A stretch of DNA of 64,000 nt from a virus (IMGVR_UViG_2703718833_000007:6191-70190); one strand, 5' to 3'. Counted from the first letter of the stretch, positions 8,461 through 17,518 are shown. Made by a program: numbers and translations. Notes: generated from the letters alone by a model not told the origin.

Positions 8461-8694
8461 ATGGCCTTGTTCAATATGTCAGAGCCGCAATTTAACGCCG
8501 TAAAGACTGCCGCCCGCGCAGCGCTTTCGGCCTGCAAAGCGGAAGTAGAGAAAAACGGCTACAGCGATAAAGCTACGCGGCTGATATTAGAAAAGCATTA
8601 TCGCAAGGTCGCCCCACTAATCAGCATTGAGCGCTTTGTGTGGTTGGTGGGGTATTTAAACAACCGTTGGGGAACGGAACAGGATTATTTCTAA
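8461..8694 (+). CDS. Hypothetical protein
   Basis: Track ORF 8359-8694 trimmed to ATG after upstream stop. Confidence 0.3.
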   Translation: MALFNMSEPQFNAVKTAARAALSACKAEVEKNGYSDKATRLILEKHYRKVAPLISIERFVWLVGYLNNRWGTEQDYF

Positions 8695-8703
8695 GGGGGC
8701 GTA

Positions 8704-9243
8704 ATGAAAAATGATTTTGGAGGCAGCCACACTCCTAAGGAAATTAAAGATCTATGGCAGACGCCTAAACCAGTTTTCAGAGGAATGGATCGGGAATTTG
8801 AATTCGTCGCGGATGTGGCGGCAAACAAGGCAAACGCGCTAGTTCCGCGATATATAACCGAAGAAATGGACACGTTGCATTATCCGTGGGGAGCGGTGGC
8901 AATGCCTGGCGAGTATGTCTGGCTTAATCCGCCATATTCTAAACCGGGGCCATTCGTTGAGAAGGCGGCATTAGAACATCAACGAAATCACATTGGCTGT
9001 GTAATGCTGTTGCCCGCTGACATTTCTGTTAGCTGGTTCATGAACGGCGTGGAGACGGCAAACGAATGCCGATTAATCACGCGCGGGCGTCTGGCGTTTA
9101 TCAATGCTGAGACAGGGAAACCAGCAAGCGGAAACAACAAAGGCAGCTTGTTTTTGATCTGGCATCCACGGTGCAGACATGAATGTATTTTTACGCAGAT
9201 AACACGTAAAGAGCTATATGCAAGAGGTGCAGATAATGACTAG
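8704..9243 (+). CDS. Phage DNA N6-adenine methyltransferase (Dam-like, orphan)
   Basis: Track ORF 179 aa with catalytic NPPY motif (WLNPPYSKPGPF); no adjacent restriction gene. Confidence 0.8.
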   Translation: MKNDFGGSHTPKEIKDLWQTPKPVFRGMDREFEFVADVAANKANALVPRYITEEMDTLHYPWGAVAMPGEYVWLNPPYSKPGPFVEKAALEHQRNHIGCVMLLPADISVSWFMNGVETANECRLITRGRLAFINAETGKPASGNNKGSLFLIWHPRCRHECIFTQITRKELYARGADND

Positions 9244-9664
9244 TGCGGCAGATTTACTACGAATCGCAGCGGAAACAATAGAGCAAAGGGGTAAACAAAA
9301 CGGATACGACAGAAAAGAGGAAAAATCAGCGCCAAAAATAGCCACTATTTACAACGCTAAGAAGGGTACAAATTTAACCCCGCTTGATGTATGGGATCTG
9401 TTGATTTGTCTCAAGGAGGCGCGTTTAGAGGCCATTTTGGTAAATGGTTCTGACCCTACTGATACTTTGGTTGACTTGATTAGCTACAGCGCACTAAAAG
9501 CTGAGCAGATATTAAGCGATCATGAGGAAGAGCAAAAGAAAAAACAGTTCACTGCTCTTAATCCTCAATGTGGTTGTATTTCAACTCGGCTTGATTTGAG
9601 TTTTGACAGATCTGAAGCTATTCGCGATAAGAGGTATGACCCAAATGAAAAAGGTGGCAATTGA
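9236..9664 (+). CDS. Hypothetical protein
   Basis: Track ORF 9218-9664 trimmed to ATG (MTSAADLL) overlapping Dam stop. Confidence 0.4.
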   Translation: MTSAADLLRIAAETIEQRGKQNGYDRKEEKSAPKIATIYNAKKGTNLTPLDVWDLLICLKEARLEAILVNGSDPTDTLVDLISYSALKAEQILSDHEEEQKKKQFTALNPQCGCISTRLDLSFDRSEAIRDKRYDPNEKGGN

Positions 9665-10148
9665 CAGGTTATTAGCCTGCGTTTATGTCGCCGTTTTCGT
9701 GATCATCAACCTTATTGTTAACCATTGCGGCCCGTGGGTAATTCCGATCACCACGGTAGCCGCTGTGTGTGTCAATATGATGATCCGTGACTTCTTGCTG
9801 TATGACGGCGGCTTGAAATGGTCTGCTACAACATGCGCCGCCGCTGGCGCAATCACGGTAATGATAAATTACGATGCTGGAATGGTAGCGATCGCGTCAT
9901 TCGTTGCGGTTGTTTCCGGTGCGCTTATATCTGGAGGTGTTTACCGGGTTTTGCCTGGTGATTTCGATTCTAAGCGCTGGCCTGCAAACATAGCTTCAGC
10001 CATCGGGGATGCGTTAATTTTCCCGACGCTATCGTTTATGGCGTTTATGCCGGAAATATCAGCGATGCAGTTTATCTCAAAAATGGCAGCGGTAACGGTG
10101 ATCACTATCATCATGCGCCGCTATTTCACGTTTGAGGGTAGAAAATGA
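9645..10148 (+). CDS. Multi-pass inner-membrane protein, possibly VUT/YhhQ-like (queuosine-precursor transporter family)
   Basis: Track ORF 9603-10148, start taken at MKKVAIDRLL with AAGAGG SD; 4-5 hydrophobic segments; family assignment from loose pattern resemblance only. Confidence 0.35.
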   Translation: MKKVAIDRLLACVYVAVFVIINLIVNHCGPWVIPITTVAAVCVNMMIRDFLLYDGGLKWSATTCAAAGAITVMINYDAGMVAIASFVAVVSGALISGGVYRVLPGDFDSKRWPANIASAIGDALIFPTLSFMAFMPEISAMQFISKMAAVTVITIIMRRYFTFEGRK

Positions 10149-10672
10149 ATTGGGATGATTATTTTATATACAATCCGGACACAGGTAAGTTGTACTGGAA
10201 ATATAGAAATGACATAGAAGAATCAAGGCGTAAACAATGGAATGCGTGTAATGCTGGTCATGAGGTTGGACATATTGGCGGAAGCGGTGGGTGTCTTAAT
10301 ACAGCGCTTACCGTTGGCGGAAAGCGTTATAATTTAAAAGTACATAGAATATGTTACGAGATGTACTATGGGCCAATACCTGAAGGTAAGGAGGTTGATC
10401 ATATAAATCACGTTAAAACAGATAATCGAGCCGTCAATCTTGGATTAAAAGACCATAAAGATAATATGCGCAACATGTCTTTAATGGTAAACAATACCAG
10501 TGGGTGCGCTGGTATCCATAAAAATAAACATGGTAAATGGGTTGTTAGAATCGGTGGAGGCAAAAGAGGTAATAGAATTTATATAGGGTGTTTTTCTGAT
10601 ATCAATGACGCAATAAAAGCTAGGCGCGACGCTGAAAGAAAGTATGGCTATCATGAAAATCACGGCAAATAG
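10145..10672 (+). CDS. HNH homing endonuclease (HNH_3 + AP2-like DNA-binding domain), paralogue 1 of 4
   Basis: Track ORF 175 aa; INW-DYF start motif, GPIPEG-EVDHINH HNH core, C-terminal AP2-like (AGIHKNKHGKWVVRI). Confidence 0.85.
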   Translation: MNWDDYFIYNPDTGKLYWKYRNDIEESRRKQWNACNAGHEVGHIGGSGGCLNTALTVGGKRYNLKVHRICYEMYYGPIPEGKEVDHINHVKTDNRAVNLGLKDHKDNMRNMSLMVNNTSGCAGIHKNKHGKWVVRIGGGKRGNRIYIGCFSDINDAIKARRDAERKYGYHENHGK

Positions 10673-10869
10673 AACAACCACGCCACCGCCGCGCGGCTTT
10701 GCCCGTGCTGTATTCCTGGCTAACGACCGGGCCATCAATCGTGCTACGCTCAACCGCGTTTTACCGGACTGAAATTTACAAAATGGCGTCATTGCGTGAT
10801 GTGGATCACATAATGGCGCTTTTCACCTTGTTCTGACGTATCCGTTTTGTATACTTCAAACAAGCAAAA

Positions 10870-10902
10870 TGCTCTTTAAAAATCCGGCAGCGCTGAAATG
10901 CG
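10870..10902 (+). promoter_or_regulatory. Second boxA-like element (TGCTCTTTAAAAA) with weak downstream hairpin; possible nutR analogue
   Basis: boxA-like 10/13 match; only a 3-bp stem CGC-UGAAAU-GCG follows, so weaker than site at 3064. Confidence 0.25.
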
Positions 10903-10931
10903 TAGAAATCACCTGAAAAGGAGAGAGCATT

Positions 10932-11108
10932 ATGCCTTTTGATAATTACCAATGGCATGACGACTATGAACGAGAAAGCGTCATGCGTGCAATGTGCAAT
11001 GTATGCAGCACGAAGAAAGGAGACTGCAACGAGTGCAACGAATGTTTAGATCATTGGCTAAGGGCCGGACACGCCGAAAGGCGGAGCGAAACAGAAAATC
11101 AAAAATAA
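10932..11108 (+). CDS. NinF-like small Cys-rich protein (putative)
   Basis: Own translation MPFDNYQWHDDYERESVMRAMCNVCSTKKGDCNECNECLDHWL...; GGAGAGAG SD; directly upstream of ninG. Confidence 0.3.
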   Translation: MPFDNYQWHDDYERESVMRAMCNVCSTKKGDCNECNECLDHWLRAGHAERRSETENQK

Positions 11109-11122
11109 TCGGGGTGATTTTT

Positions 11123-11728
11123 ATGCAGAACCCTAAAAAACCCATAAGACGCCGTTGCAAATGCTGCGGCGTTTTTTTTGAACCTAAATATCACAATCAA
11201 ACGTGGTGCAGCGATGAATGTCTGGAAGAACTGAAGTTTGATCAGCTATGCCGCGATCGTGAAAAGGCTATGAAGGCTATGGAGCGGAAGAAACGCCGCG
11301 ATAGCCAGCGTGAGGAACGCAACCGGAAGCGGAAGCAGTTAAATCCGCGTAGTTATTGGTTAAAGCAGGCGCAAAACGTGTTTAACGCATATATTCGCGA
11401 ACGTGACGCAGGACAGCCGTGTATATCTTGCGGGACTTATTATTATGAGCAATGCGGAGCAGATGCGGGGCATTACAGGACGGTAGCAGCAGCTGGACAC
11501 CTTCGATTTAACGAGGATAACGTAAACCTACAATGTCGACATTGCAATCAGGTATTAGACGGAAACATAGAGGCATATCGTCCGGCACTGATTCGAAAAA
11601 TTGGCCTTGCCAGGGTGGAGGCGTTGGAGAACAACAACGAAACCCATAAATGGACGATCGAAGAATGCAAGGAGATCATTAAAGTTTACCAGGCGAAATT
11701 GGACGCCCTAAGGAGAAAGGCGGCATGA
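11123..11728 (+). CDS. ninG: NinG/Rap-family recombination-associated protein
   Basis: Track ORF 10994-11728 trimmed to MQNPKKPIRRRCKCCGVFFEP; Cys clusters and YRPALIRKIGL region typical of lambda NinG. Confidence 0.75.
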   Translation: MQNPKKPIRRRCKCCGVFFEPKYHNQTWCSDECLEELKFDQLCRDREKAMKAMERKKRRDSQREERNRKRKQLNPRSYWLKQAQNVFNAYIRERDAGQPCISCGTYYYEQCGADAGHYRTVAAAGHLRFNEDNVNLQCRHCNQVLDGNIEAYRPALIRKIGLARVEALENNNETHKWTIEECKEIIKVYQAKLDALRRKAA

Positions 11729-12132
11729 ATGAATATACATTTAGCCTACCTTACCCGCCATCGAATAATAGGTATTACCGGCATTCACGAGGTTTTCATT
11801 ATATCAGTAAAGTGGGGAAAGAATACCGGGAACAGGTAAGAGACATCATCGAGCTATTAAATTTAAACATCAACCTATCTTGCCGACTGGCAATTACCAT
11901 TCATGCCGCGCCGCCGGATAACCGGATAAGAGATCTGGATAATATCACCAAATGCCTTTTTGATAGCCTTACTTACGCCGGATTCTGGACCGACGACGGG
12001 CAGATCGATTCTATAAAAATTGTTCGCTGCCGGAAGGTAAAAGGCGGGCGCTTGTTTATTAAGATCCGCGAACGCGGCGACCTACTACCGGATATTGACG
12101 AATACGAGACTAATATGTGGGGTGAGCAATGA
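11725..12132 (+). CDS. rusA: RusA-family Holliday-junction resolvase
   Basis: Track ORF 135 aa; LPYPPSNNRYYR...GFHYISKVGKEYR and DLDNITKCLFDSL motifs. Confidence 0.85.
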   Translation: MNEYTFSLPYPPSNNRYYRHSRGFHYISKVGKEYREQVRDIIELLNLNINLSCRLAITIHAAPPDNRIRDLDNITKCLFDSLTYAGFWTDDGQIDSIKIVRCRKVKGGRLFIKIRERGDLLPDIDEYETNMWGEQ

Positions 12133-12311
12133 AAAACGAAGTTAAAGATCTGCAAATAGATATTCAGTGCGATGAGCATGATTTAGCTACAGTCAGAAAA
12201 ATCCAGGCTTTTCATATGCGAGAATTGCTTGCATTGAAAGAGCTTGAGAGGAAGTTAGTCCAGTCTATTTCTGATCGTAAACGCCTTATTGCTCGTTACG
12301 GGGGCAAATAA
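12129..12311 (+). CDS. Hypothetical protein
   Basis: Track ORF 60 aa between rusA and Q. Confidence 0.4.
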   Translation: MKNEVKDLQIDIQCDEHDLATVRKIQAFHMRELLALKELERKLVQSISDRKRLIARYGGK

Positions 12312-13033
12312 TGAATCTGGAGTCAATTCTTAAATTCCACTTCCCAAAATCACCGCATTTGTCAGATGAAAGTCGTGGCACGTCACCGGACGCGCTTAAT
12401 ACTACGGATGCGCTAACTGCCGCTGGTATGGCGCAATCGCGCGTAGAGCTTGGTTATAGCGCTTTTTTAGGGAAGATGGAACTATCACAAGCCGAAAAGC
12501 ACAGGGCCGTAGTTTTGCTTACAGAGCGTTTAAGAGCTATGGCAAAAGATTATAAATACGTTATGGAACTGGACGAGGTGCGACGAAATGATCTCATTAT
12601 TCTTGTTGCCGTTTTCGCATTTCGGGATTATTGCCAGAGTGCCGCGACGGAAAAAACTTGTATGGAGTGCGGCGGATATAAATTTACGTTTGACGAGTAT
12701 GGGGAAAAACACCTTTGCAAAAAATGCAAGGGGCATGGGAAAGTTCTTAATCATTGCAAACAATGCAAGGGCCGTGGAGAAGTGCCTGATAAAGCAGCCA
12801 GCGAAGCGGCGGAAATGCCCGTGTTCAAAACGTGCCAGCATTGCGGCGGGCGCGGGTACTCGCGTTTCCCTGTAGATCTTGTCCGGCAGGCGGTTAATCA
12901 GCTTGTCTTTCCTGTAAGCCGATCAACATGGTGGAAGAAATACCGTGCTTTCTATGAAGACGCCATTGCTGAATTGTTCAAAGAAGAGGCGCGGGCTGAT
13001 AACGAAATTAAACGAGTGACGCGGGGTGAATGA
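12311..13033 (+). CDS. Late-gene antiterminator Q (lambda Q family)
   Basis: Track ORF 240 aa; N-terminus MNLESILKFHFPKSPHLSDESRGTSPDALNTTDALTAAGMAQS and zinc-finger region closely parallel remembered lambda Q. Confidence 0.85.
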   Translation: MNLESILKFHFPKSPHLSDESRGTSPDALNTTDALTAAGMAQSRVELGYSAFLGKMELSQAEKHRAVVLLTERLRAMAKDYKYVMELDEVRRNDLIILVAVFAFRDYCQSAATEKTCMECGGYKFTFDEYGEKHLCKKCKGHGKVLNHCKQCKGRGEVPDKAASEAAEMPVFKTCQHCGGRGYSRFPVDLVRQAVNQLVFPVSRSTWWKKYRAFYEDAIAELFKEEARADNEIKRVTRGE

Positions 13034-13233
13034 TGGATAAGCTGGAAATAAACGATAAGTTTGCCGTTATCTTGTTCGAAGATAAAACGGGCGGTGCTTG
13101 GTGTAAGAAAGTTACTGGTGCTGAAGCGCGTTTAATATTGGGCATGGCAAGCGCATTAAACGAAGGTGAATTGCCAGCCGTGCCAGTTAAGCCAGTACAT
13201 ATTTACGGACGGAGCAAAGACAATGAAGCCTAA
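13030..13233 (+). CDS. Hypothetical protein
   Basis: Track ORF 67 aa; ATGA overlap with Q stop. Confidence 0.4.
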   Translation: MMDKLEINDKFAVILFEDKTGGAWCKKVTGAEARLILGMASALNEGELPAVPVKPVHIYGRSKDNEA

Positions 13234-13492
13234 ATTAAAAGAACATCTATTTGCAAAGCTGGTTAATGACCTGACGTTATCAGCGCGGTTGTGCGGTGAT
13301 ACGCAACAATTGAGGGCATGGATAGCAAGGGATTTAAAAAAATATATTGAGCCTGGCGGGCCTGGTGACGAAATGACTATGGACAAGGCCATCAATCGCC
13401 GTTCGGCTGAATGGTCAGTGAGTAACACCGGATTAACCGGATACATTGAAGGCTATAACGACTGTTTACAGGATCATAGCGATGGCAAATAA
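13223..13492 (+). CDS. Hypothetical protein
   Basis: Track ORF 13166-13492 trimmed to MKPKLKEHLF. Confidence 0.35.
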   Translation: MKPKLKEHLFAKLVNDLTLSARLCGDTQQLRAWIARDLKKYIEPGGPGDEMTMDKAINRRSAEWSVSNTGLTGYIEGYNDCLQDHSDGK

Positions 13493-13781
13493 ACACTTAC
13501 ATTTGAATTTAAAAGGAGAATACTTCCACGCTATCAGGGCGGGGAAGAAGGTCGAGGAATACCGGCTTTATAATGACTATTGGCGCAAACGCCTTGAGGG
13601 GCGCGACTATACAAGATTGATTCTTAAATGGGGATACCCTGCAAACGACGATAAGGAAAGAATCCTTGTTCTCCCTTACATGGGGTACAAGATAAAGACT
13701 ATTCAGCATCCTTTGTTCGGTGATGAACCTGTTAAGGTTTTTGCTATCCACTGCGATATTTATTGGCAATATAGGTTTTAG
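13482..13781 (+). CDS. Hypothetical protein, possibly ASCH-like
   Basis: Track ORF 13446-13781; LHLNLKGEYFHAIRAGKKVEEYRL resembles ASCH beta-barrel N-terminus. Confidence 0.35.
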   Translation: MANKHLHLNLKGEYFHAIRAGKKVEEYRLYNDYWRKRLEGRDYTRLILKWGYPANDDKERILVLPYMGYKIKTIQHPLFGDEPVKVFAIHCDIYWQYRF

Positions 13782-13784
13782 AAT

Positions 13785-13997
13785 ATGAAAAGTAACCGCA
13801 AGCGCCTTGTAAGGGCATACGACAAAGCATTAAAGGCTTTTGATGATCTGCGACGCAATAAGCGCCAGCGCCGTAAAGTTGCGCGCATGTTTGTAAGGTG
13901 GTTGCATAATGAGGATTATTTCCTTAATGCTAGGCACATGACGCAGGATGTAGCAGACGCATTGGCTGACGAGAACGTTTATTATATGATGTGGTGA
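13785..13997 (+). CDS. Hypothetical protein
   Basis: Track ORF 70 aa. Confidence 0.35.
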   Translation: MKSNRKRLVRAYDKALKAFDDLRRNKRQRRKVARMFVRWLHNEDYFLNARHMTQDVADALADENVYYMMW

Positions 13998-14001
13998 TAA
14001 T

Positions 14002-14367
14002 ATGCAAATAATCATTGATTATCTTTGCCATGCTGCAAATACAATTTTTGGCATGTATCAACAACCATTCCTTCAGGAATGGGATGATATGCTAAACGAC
14101 ATCCTCGACAAAGGATTAATAATGGATGTTGACGAGCTTACAATCAGATTTAATTATGAGGGTGAAGAATATCTAATTTGGGTTGGTAATAGATGGTATT
14201 CATACGGTCATATTTATTCAATTGGTGGTAAGTTCATTAAAAGAAACCAGGAATTTAGACCGCGCTTCCGCACAATGCGCCGCCTGCATGATCTGCATAT
14301 GAAATTATTCGAAGATCAGGAAGCACGGGAATTATTCAAAATTTACGGGGATAAATCATGGAGCTAA
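14002..14367 (+). CDS. Hypothetical protein
   Basis: Track ORF 121 aa. Confidence 0.4.
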   Translation: MQIIIDYLCHAANTIFGMYQQPFLQEWDDMLNDILDKGLIMDVDELTIRFNYEGEEYLIWVGNRWYSYGHIYSIGGKFIKRNQEFRPRFRTMRRLHDLHMKLFEDQEARELFKIYGDKSWS

Positions 14368-14588
14368 AAATCTGGCAGGCTATCGACGTGGTTGATAACG
14401 AATTATCTATGTTTGCCACTGACGGGAAACGCGTGGTGATCGCTACATGGACACGCAACCACGATGATATTGCTTTTCGTCGCAAGGCGGCGGAATGGCT
14501 TTTCTCTGATGGCGGCTACACGATGAACATCGCACAGCTTGCCAGAATGAAAGATGAAAAGCTGGTGGACAGCTACACAACTGCGTAA
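14358..14588 (+). CDS. Hypothetical protein
   Basis: Track ORF 76 aa. Confidence 0.35.
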   Translation: MELKIWQAIDVVDNELSMFATDGKRVVIATWTRNHDDIAFRRKAAEWLFSDGGYTMNIAQLARMKDEKLVDSYTTA

Positions 14589-14598
14589 TGGGGTAAAT

Positions 14599-14829
14599 AT
14601 GCGTATCTATGAGCACAAGCGGGATAAAACCCGCTTTTTTGTTCGTGCTGGCGTGGCGTACCAGTATCACGAATGCGGTTACATTGAGGCGCTTGCTTAC
14701 GATCTGGACTTCGAGCAAGAAAAGGCATGGTTCGATTTTAAAATTTACCGTAAGCGCAAACCTACGCGCGACGAGCGCCACGCTATCCGGGACTTTTTAA
14801 TCAGCATTGAGCGTTGGGAGTCAGATTAA
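14599..14829 (+). CDS. Hypothetical protein
   Basis: Track ORF 14554-14829 trimmed to MRIYEHK. Confidence 0.35.
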   Translation: MRIYEHKRDKTRFFVRAGVAYQYHECGYIEALAYDLDFEQEKAWFDFKIYRKRKPTRDERHAIRDFLISIERWESD

Positions 14830-15056
14830 TGAAAGTCAAATTCTTGCACGATCACGGTTATCCATCACTGAAACAGGTTGTTGGTAAGGTTGTTGATGTA
14901 GTTCATAGCGATAATGTCACTTGCATGATTAACGGTGCTGACCTAATTGCCGCTGGCGCTGATGACCATTACATAAATCCGGCATGGTCGTATACGTTCA
15001 GCCTGGGCGACTTCGTTGGCGACAAGGGGCGCGGGCTGGAAGTAGTCGAGGGTTAA
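14829..15056 (+). CDS. Hypothetical protein
   Basis: Track ORF 14814-15056 trimmed to MKVKF (ATGA coupling). Confidence 0.35.
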   Translation: MKVKFLHDHGYPSLKQVVGKVVDVVHSDNVTCMINGADLIAAGADDHYINPAWSYTFSLGDFVGDKGRGLEVVEG

Positions 15057-15060
15057 CATC

Positions 15061-15309
15061 ATGGACGTTTACGAAGATCTATACCTCCAGACAGACACCA
15101 ACACTTTTTATTTTCTTAAAAACGGCGTCGTGTATCGCAGTGACGACGGGGTGATAATGAAAGAGTGGTTATTTAAGCGTGAAGACCTACTCGACGATCT
15201 GGTTTTTGCCGGGGTATTTCGTAAACGTCCGGCTAACATGAAAGAAGAGATGTTGATTGAGGTTATTAAAAATGAAAATCAGGGTAAGTTATTTCCGGGC
15301 GAAAGATAA
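15061..15309 (+). CDS. Hypothetical protein
   Basis: Track ORF 82 aa. Confidence 0.35.
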   Translation: MDVYEDLYLQTDTNTFYFLKNGVVYRSDDGVIMKEWLFKREDLLDDLVFAGVFRKRPANMKEEMLIEVIKNENQGKLFPGER

Positions 15310-15523
15310 GGCAACAGGAAAGCAGGTGGCGATCCTGGTTAACGAGGCGCAGTACATGTTTGTCCTTCAACCGTGGTGTATAGCTGACTATAACGATGAT
15401 TATCGCCGTCACGCTGCGCGGAGTGCTGTAGGAATGAAAGGATGGCAGCCGCGCGACATGGAAAACTATTGTGATTGGAAATTGGTGGCAAAATACACGG
15501 TAGACTATAAAGGGGTTTTCTGA
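15272..15523 (+). CDS. Hypothetical protein
   Basis: Track ORF 15257-15523 trimmed to MKIRVSYF. Confidence 0.35.
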   Translation: MKIRVSYFRAKDKATGKQVAILVNEAQYMFVLQPWCIADYNDDYRRHAARSAVGMKGWQPRDMENYCDWKLVAKYTVDYKGVF

Positions 15524-15525
15524 TT

Positions 15526-15741
15526 ATGTTTGCAAGATGCGTTTACTCTGACACTGCGTGCTTTACTGTTGGTGAATTATATAGCGTTGATCTTCTTAAC
15601 GGGTGCAAGCGCGGCGCTGGCGGCATTCATTATGTAAAGGATAATGATGGCGATGCGTGGCAAATTTACGGCGATCATGCAAAGTGGGCTGTTAAGGGAA
15701 GTTTTGACAATCGCGTGATGGCGCGTTTTGTTAAGTGGTAA
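15526..15741 (+). CDS. Hypothetical protein
   Basis: Track ORF 71 aa. Confidence 0.35.
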   Translation: MFARCVYSDTACFTVGELYSVDLLNGCKRGAGGIHYVKDNDGDAWQIYGDHAKWAVKGSFDNRVMARFVKW

Positions 15742-16153
15742 TGTCGTTTACATCAATAAATGTGATCTACCACGCAAAGTTTACGAAATGGCATTGTTTC
15801 GGCAGTGCCATTTTGTTATATATAAGCCACTGAAAGACGGATGGTGCAAAATCATGAAAAGCGACAAATTCATTGCGTGCTGTTTTGTTGAAGTGCCTAA
15901 AGGTGATTTTTTCTTCAATTATGAATTTAAAGATAGTTTAGGAAGATCTCATGTTGTCGCTGGTAAGCGTGGAGACTGGTTGTATATCACTGATGGGGAC
16001 AGGATCTTCACTAAAAACCAGTTATTCAGAATAAAGGCAGAAAATAATGAAATACCAGTAGGCAATATGGGGATTATGAATTATCACGCTGGTTTATCGT
16101 TAAAGCACGATGCGGTAAATAAAGCGCGTAGCTTACCTGGTGCGGAGTTTTAA
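15728..16153 (+). CDS. Hypothetical protein (start uncertain)
   Basis: Track ORF 141 aa. Confidence 0.35.
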   Translation: MLSGNVVYINKCDLPRKVYEMALFRQCHFVIYKPLKDGWCKIMKSDKFIACCFVEVPKGDFFFNYEFKDSLGRSHVVAGKRGDWLYITDGDRIFTKNQLFRIKAENNEIPVGNMGIMNYHAGLSLKHDAVNKARSLPGAEF

Positions 16154-16155
16154 TT

Positions 16156-16410
16156 ATGGTTGTGATCAGACTATGGCGCGGCAATAGCCGATTTGATGGT
16201 GAGTACGTCCGCGTGATTGAAGATGTTAATCGTGGTCGGTTTTATGAATTGGTATACAGCGAAAAAAGGGAGAAAGAATATCTGAACGAATCGACCCCTA
16301 TGTGGCGTAAAGTGGCTGGCCTTGCCTTAATTCTGCGCCGCGGGTTTTATACAGATCACAACACACTAACAGATGCGGAACTAGTGACAATTCTTTACAA
16401 AGGAGAATAA
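16156..16410 (+). CDS. Hypothetical protein
   Basis: Track ORF 84 aa. Confidence 0.35.
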   Translation: MVVIRLWRGNSRFDGEYVRVIEDVNRGRFYELVYSEKREKEYLNESTPMWRKVAGLALILRRGFYTDHNTLTDAELVTILYKGE

Positions 16411-16413
16411 CAA

Positions 16414-16737
16414 ATGTCTAAATTTATCAGCGTTAATGTTTTCCGTGGCAATTTTCCAGAAGATAAAGAAATTGGACAATTCGCAGGTGAACGTGGCGTA
16501 TGTTTCCGTGTAGCTACTGAAGACGATGCGCACGTTAAATGCTTTCACGTATCTGAACCGCCTTTTAATGCAGACCATCTTGAAGACCTGAATAGAATTA
16601 AAAGCCTTATTTTTGCTTATCTGGCGTTCCCTGGTATTGGTGATACTGATGTCGAATTACTTGGCGCTGAACTGTTTGCGGAATACAAAATGACTGAAGG
16701 GGTAGAAGGGGGAATTGAAATTGAGCGCATCAAATAA
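16414..16737 (+). CDS. Hypothetical protein
   Basis: Track ORF 107 aa. Confidence 0.4.
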   Translation: MSKFISVNVFRGNFPEDKEIGQFAGERGVCFRVATEDDAHVKCFHVSEPPFNADHLEDLNRIKSLIFAYLAFPGIGDTDVELLGAELFAEYKMTEGVEGGIEIERIK

Positions 16738-16750
16738 GCTGTATAAAGTC

Positions 16751-16972
16751 ATGTGTAAAGGTGAATATCATGGCTTTACGGTTGGTTGCGAATACCTGGG
16801 CCACATTGGGTACGGCCCTTTCGGTGAACTGGGAATGAATACGATGGACGACGATGGAGACAGCAGGACGCTTGATCTTGATTCTGATGATTTCGAATAC
16901 ATCCCGCCGGTAACTTACCGCGACGTTGATGATTTCCTGGCTGAACATGAAGACGAGGACGATGATGATTGA
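16751..16972 (+). CDS. Hypothetical protein with poly-acidic C-terminus (start uncertain)
   Basis: Track ORF 16715-16972; ends DDFLAEHEDEDDDD. Confidence 0.3.
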   Translation: MCKGEYHGFTVGCEYLGHIGYGPFGELGMNTMDDDGDSRTLDLDSDDFEYIPPVTYRDVDDFLAEHEDEDDDD

Positions 16973-17162
16973 ATGCCTTATTGCTGTGATTGTTTTGCTT
17001 TATATCGCTGGCGCGATCCTGATGTCATGTTTTATTAAGGTTAGCGGCGCTGAACATGGTGGCCTTGAGATTCCCTTCTGGCCTGTATTGGTTTTTCTCG
17101 CTTTCTTTGATGCTACGGTAGTGCAGATCAAGCGAGCCATTAAGGAGCGCAAGAATGATTGA
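16947..17162 (+). CDS. Hypothetical membrane protein (start uncertain)
   Basis: Track ORF 16926-17162; two hydrophobic segments. Confidence 0.3.
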   Translation: MKTRTMMIECLIAVIVLLYIAGAILMSCFIKVSGAEHGGLEIPFWPVLVFLAFFDATVVQIKRAIKERKND

Positions 17163-17337
17163 AGATGGCATCTATGGTGTAAACCTTATTGAAAACGTAT
17201 TTTACATGGTTGATGGCGATACCGTGACAATCAGCGTAAACGGTGGTGAATATGTAGAGCCATTCTTCAAAACAACAAAGGAAGACATTAAGCGAAGCGT
17301 TGATAAAGGCGTACTATTTAAGGTTGGCGAACTATGA
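17155..17337 (+). CDS. Hypothetical protein
   Basis: Track ORF 60 aa. Confidence 0.3.
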   Translation: MIEDGIYGVNLIENVFYMVDGDTVTISVNGGEYVEPFFKTTKEDIKRSVDKGVLFKVGEL

Positions 17338-17510
17338 GCGAGATAGAAGACGGTATCTATTTTCACAAGGTATTTAACATCGTCTATTTACTTAGAGGTG
17401 AATCGGTGATGATAAAACCTGATGATGATCCGCATTGGGAATCAAGCGACATGGATCGGTGGCATATGCAAACATTGCTAGATAATGGCCTGATATACAG
17501 AAAGCAGTAA
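17334..17510 (+). CDS. Hypothetical protein (58 aa)
   Basis: Own translation MSEIEDGIYFHKVFNIVYLLRGESVMIKPDDDPHWESSDMDRWHMQTLLDNGLIYRKQ; ATGA coupling to upstream ORF. Confidence 0.3.
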   Translation: MSEIEDGIYFHKVFNIVYLLRGESVMIKPDDDPHWESSDMDRWHMQTLLDNGLIYRKQ

Positions 17511-17518
17511 AGCCGTAT

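Noticed and set aside
10481-10792. Minus-strand 103-aa ORF overlapping HNH gene 3' end and downstream intergenic region
   Set aside because: Antisense to a well-supported HNH gene; Arg/Ala-rich spurious-looking translation
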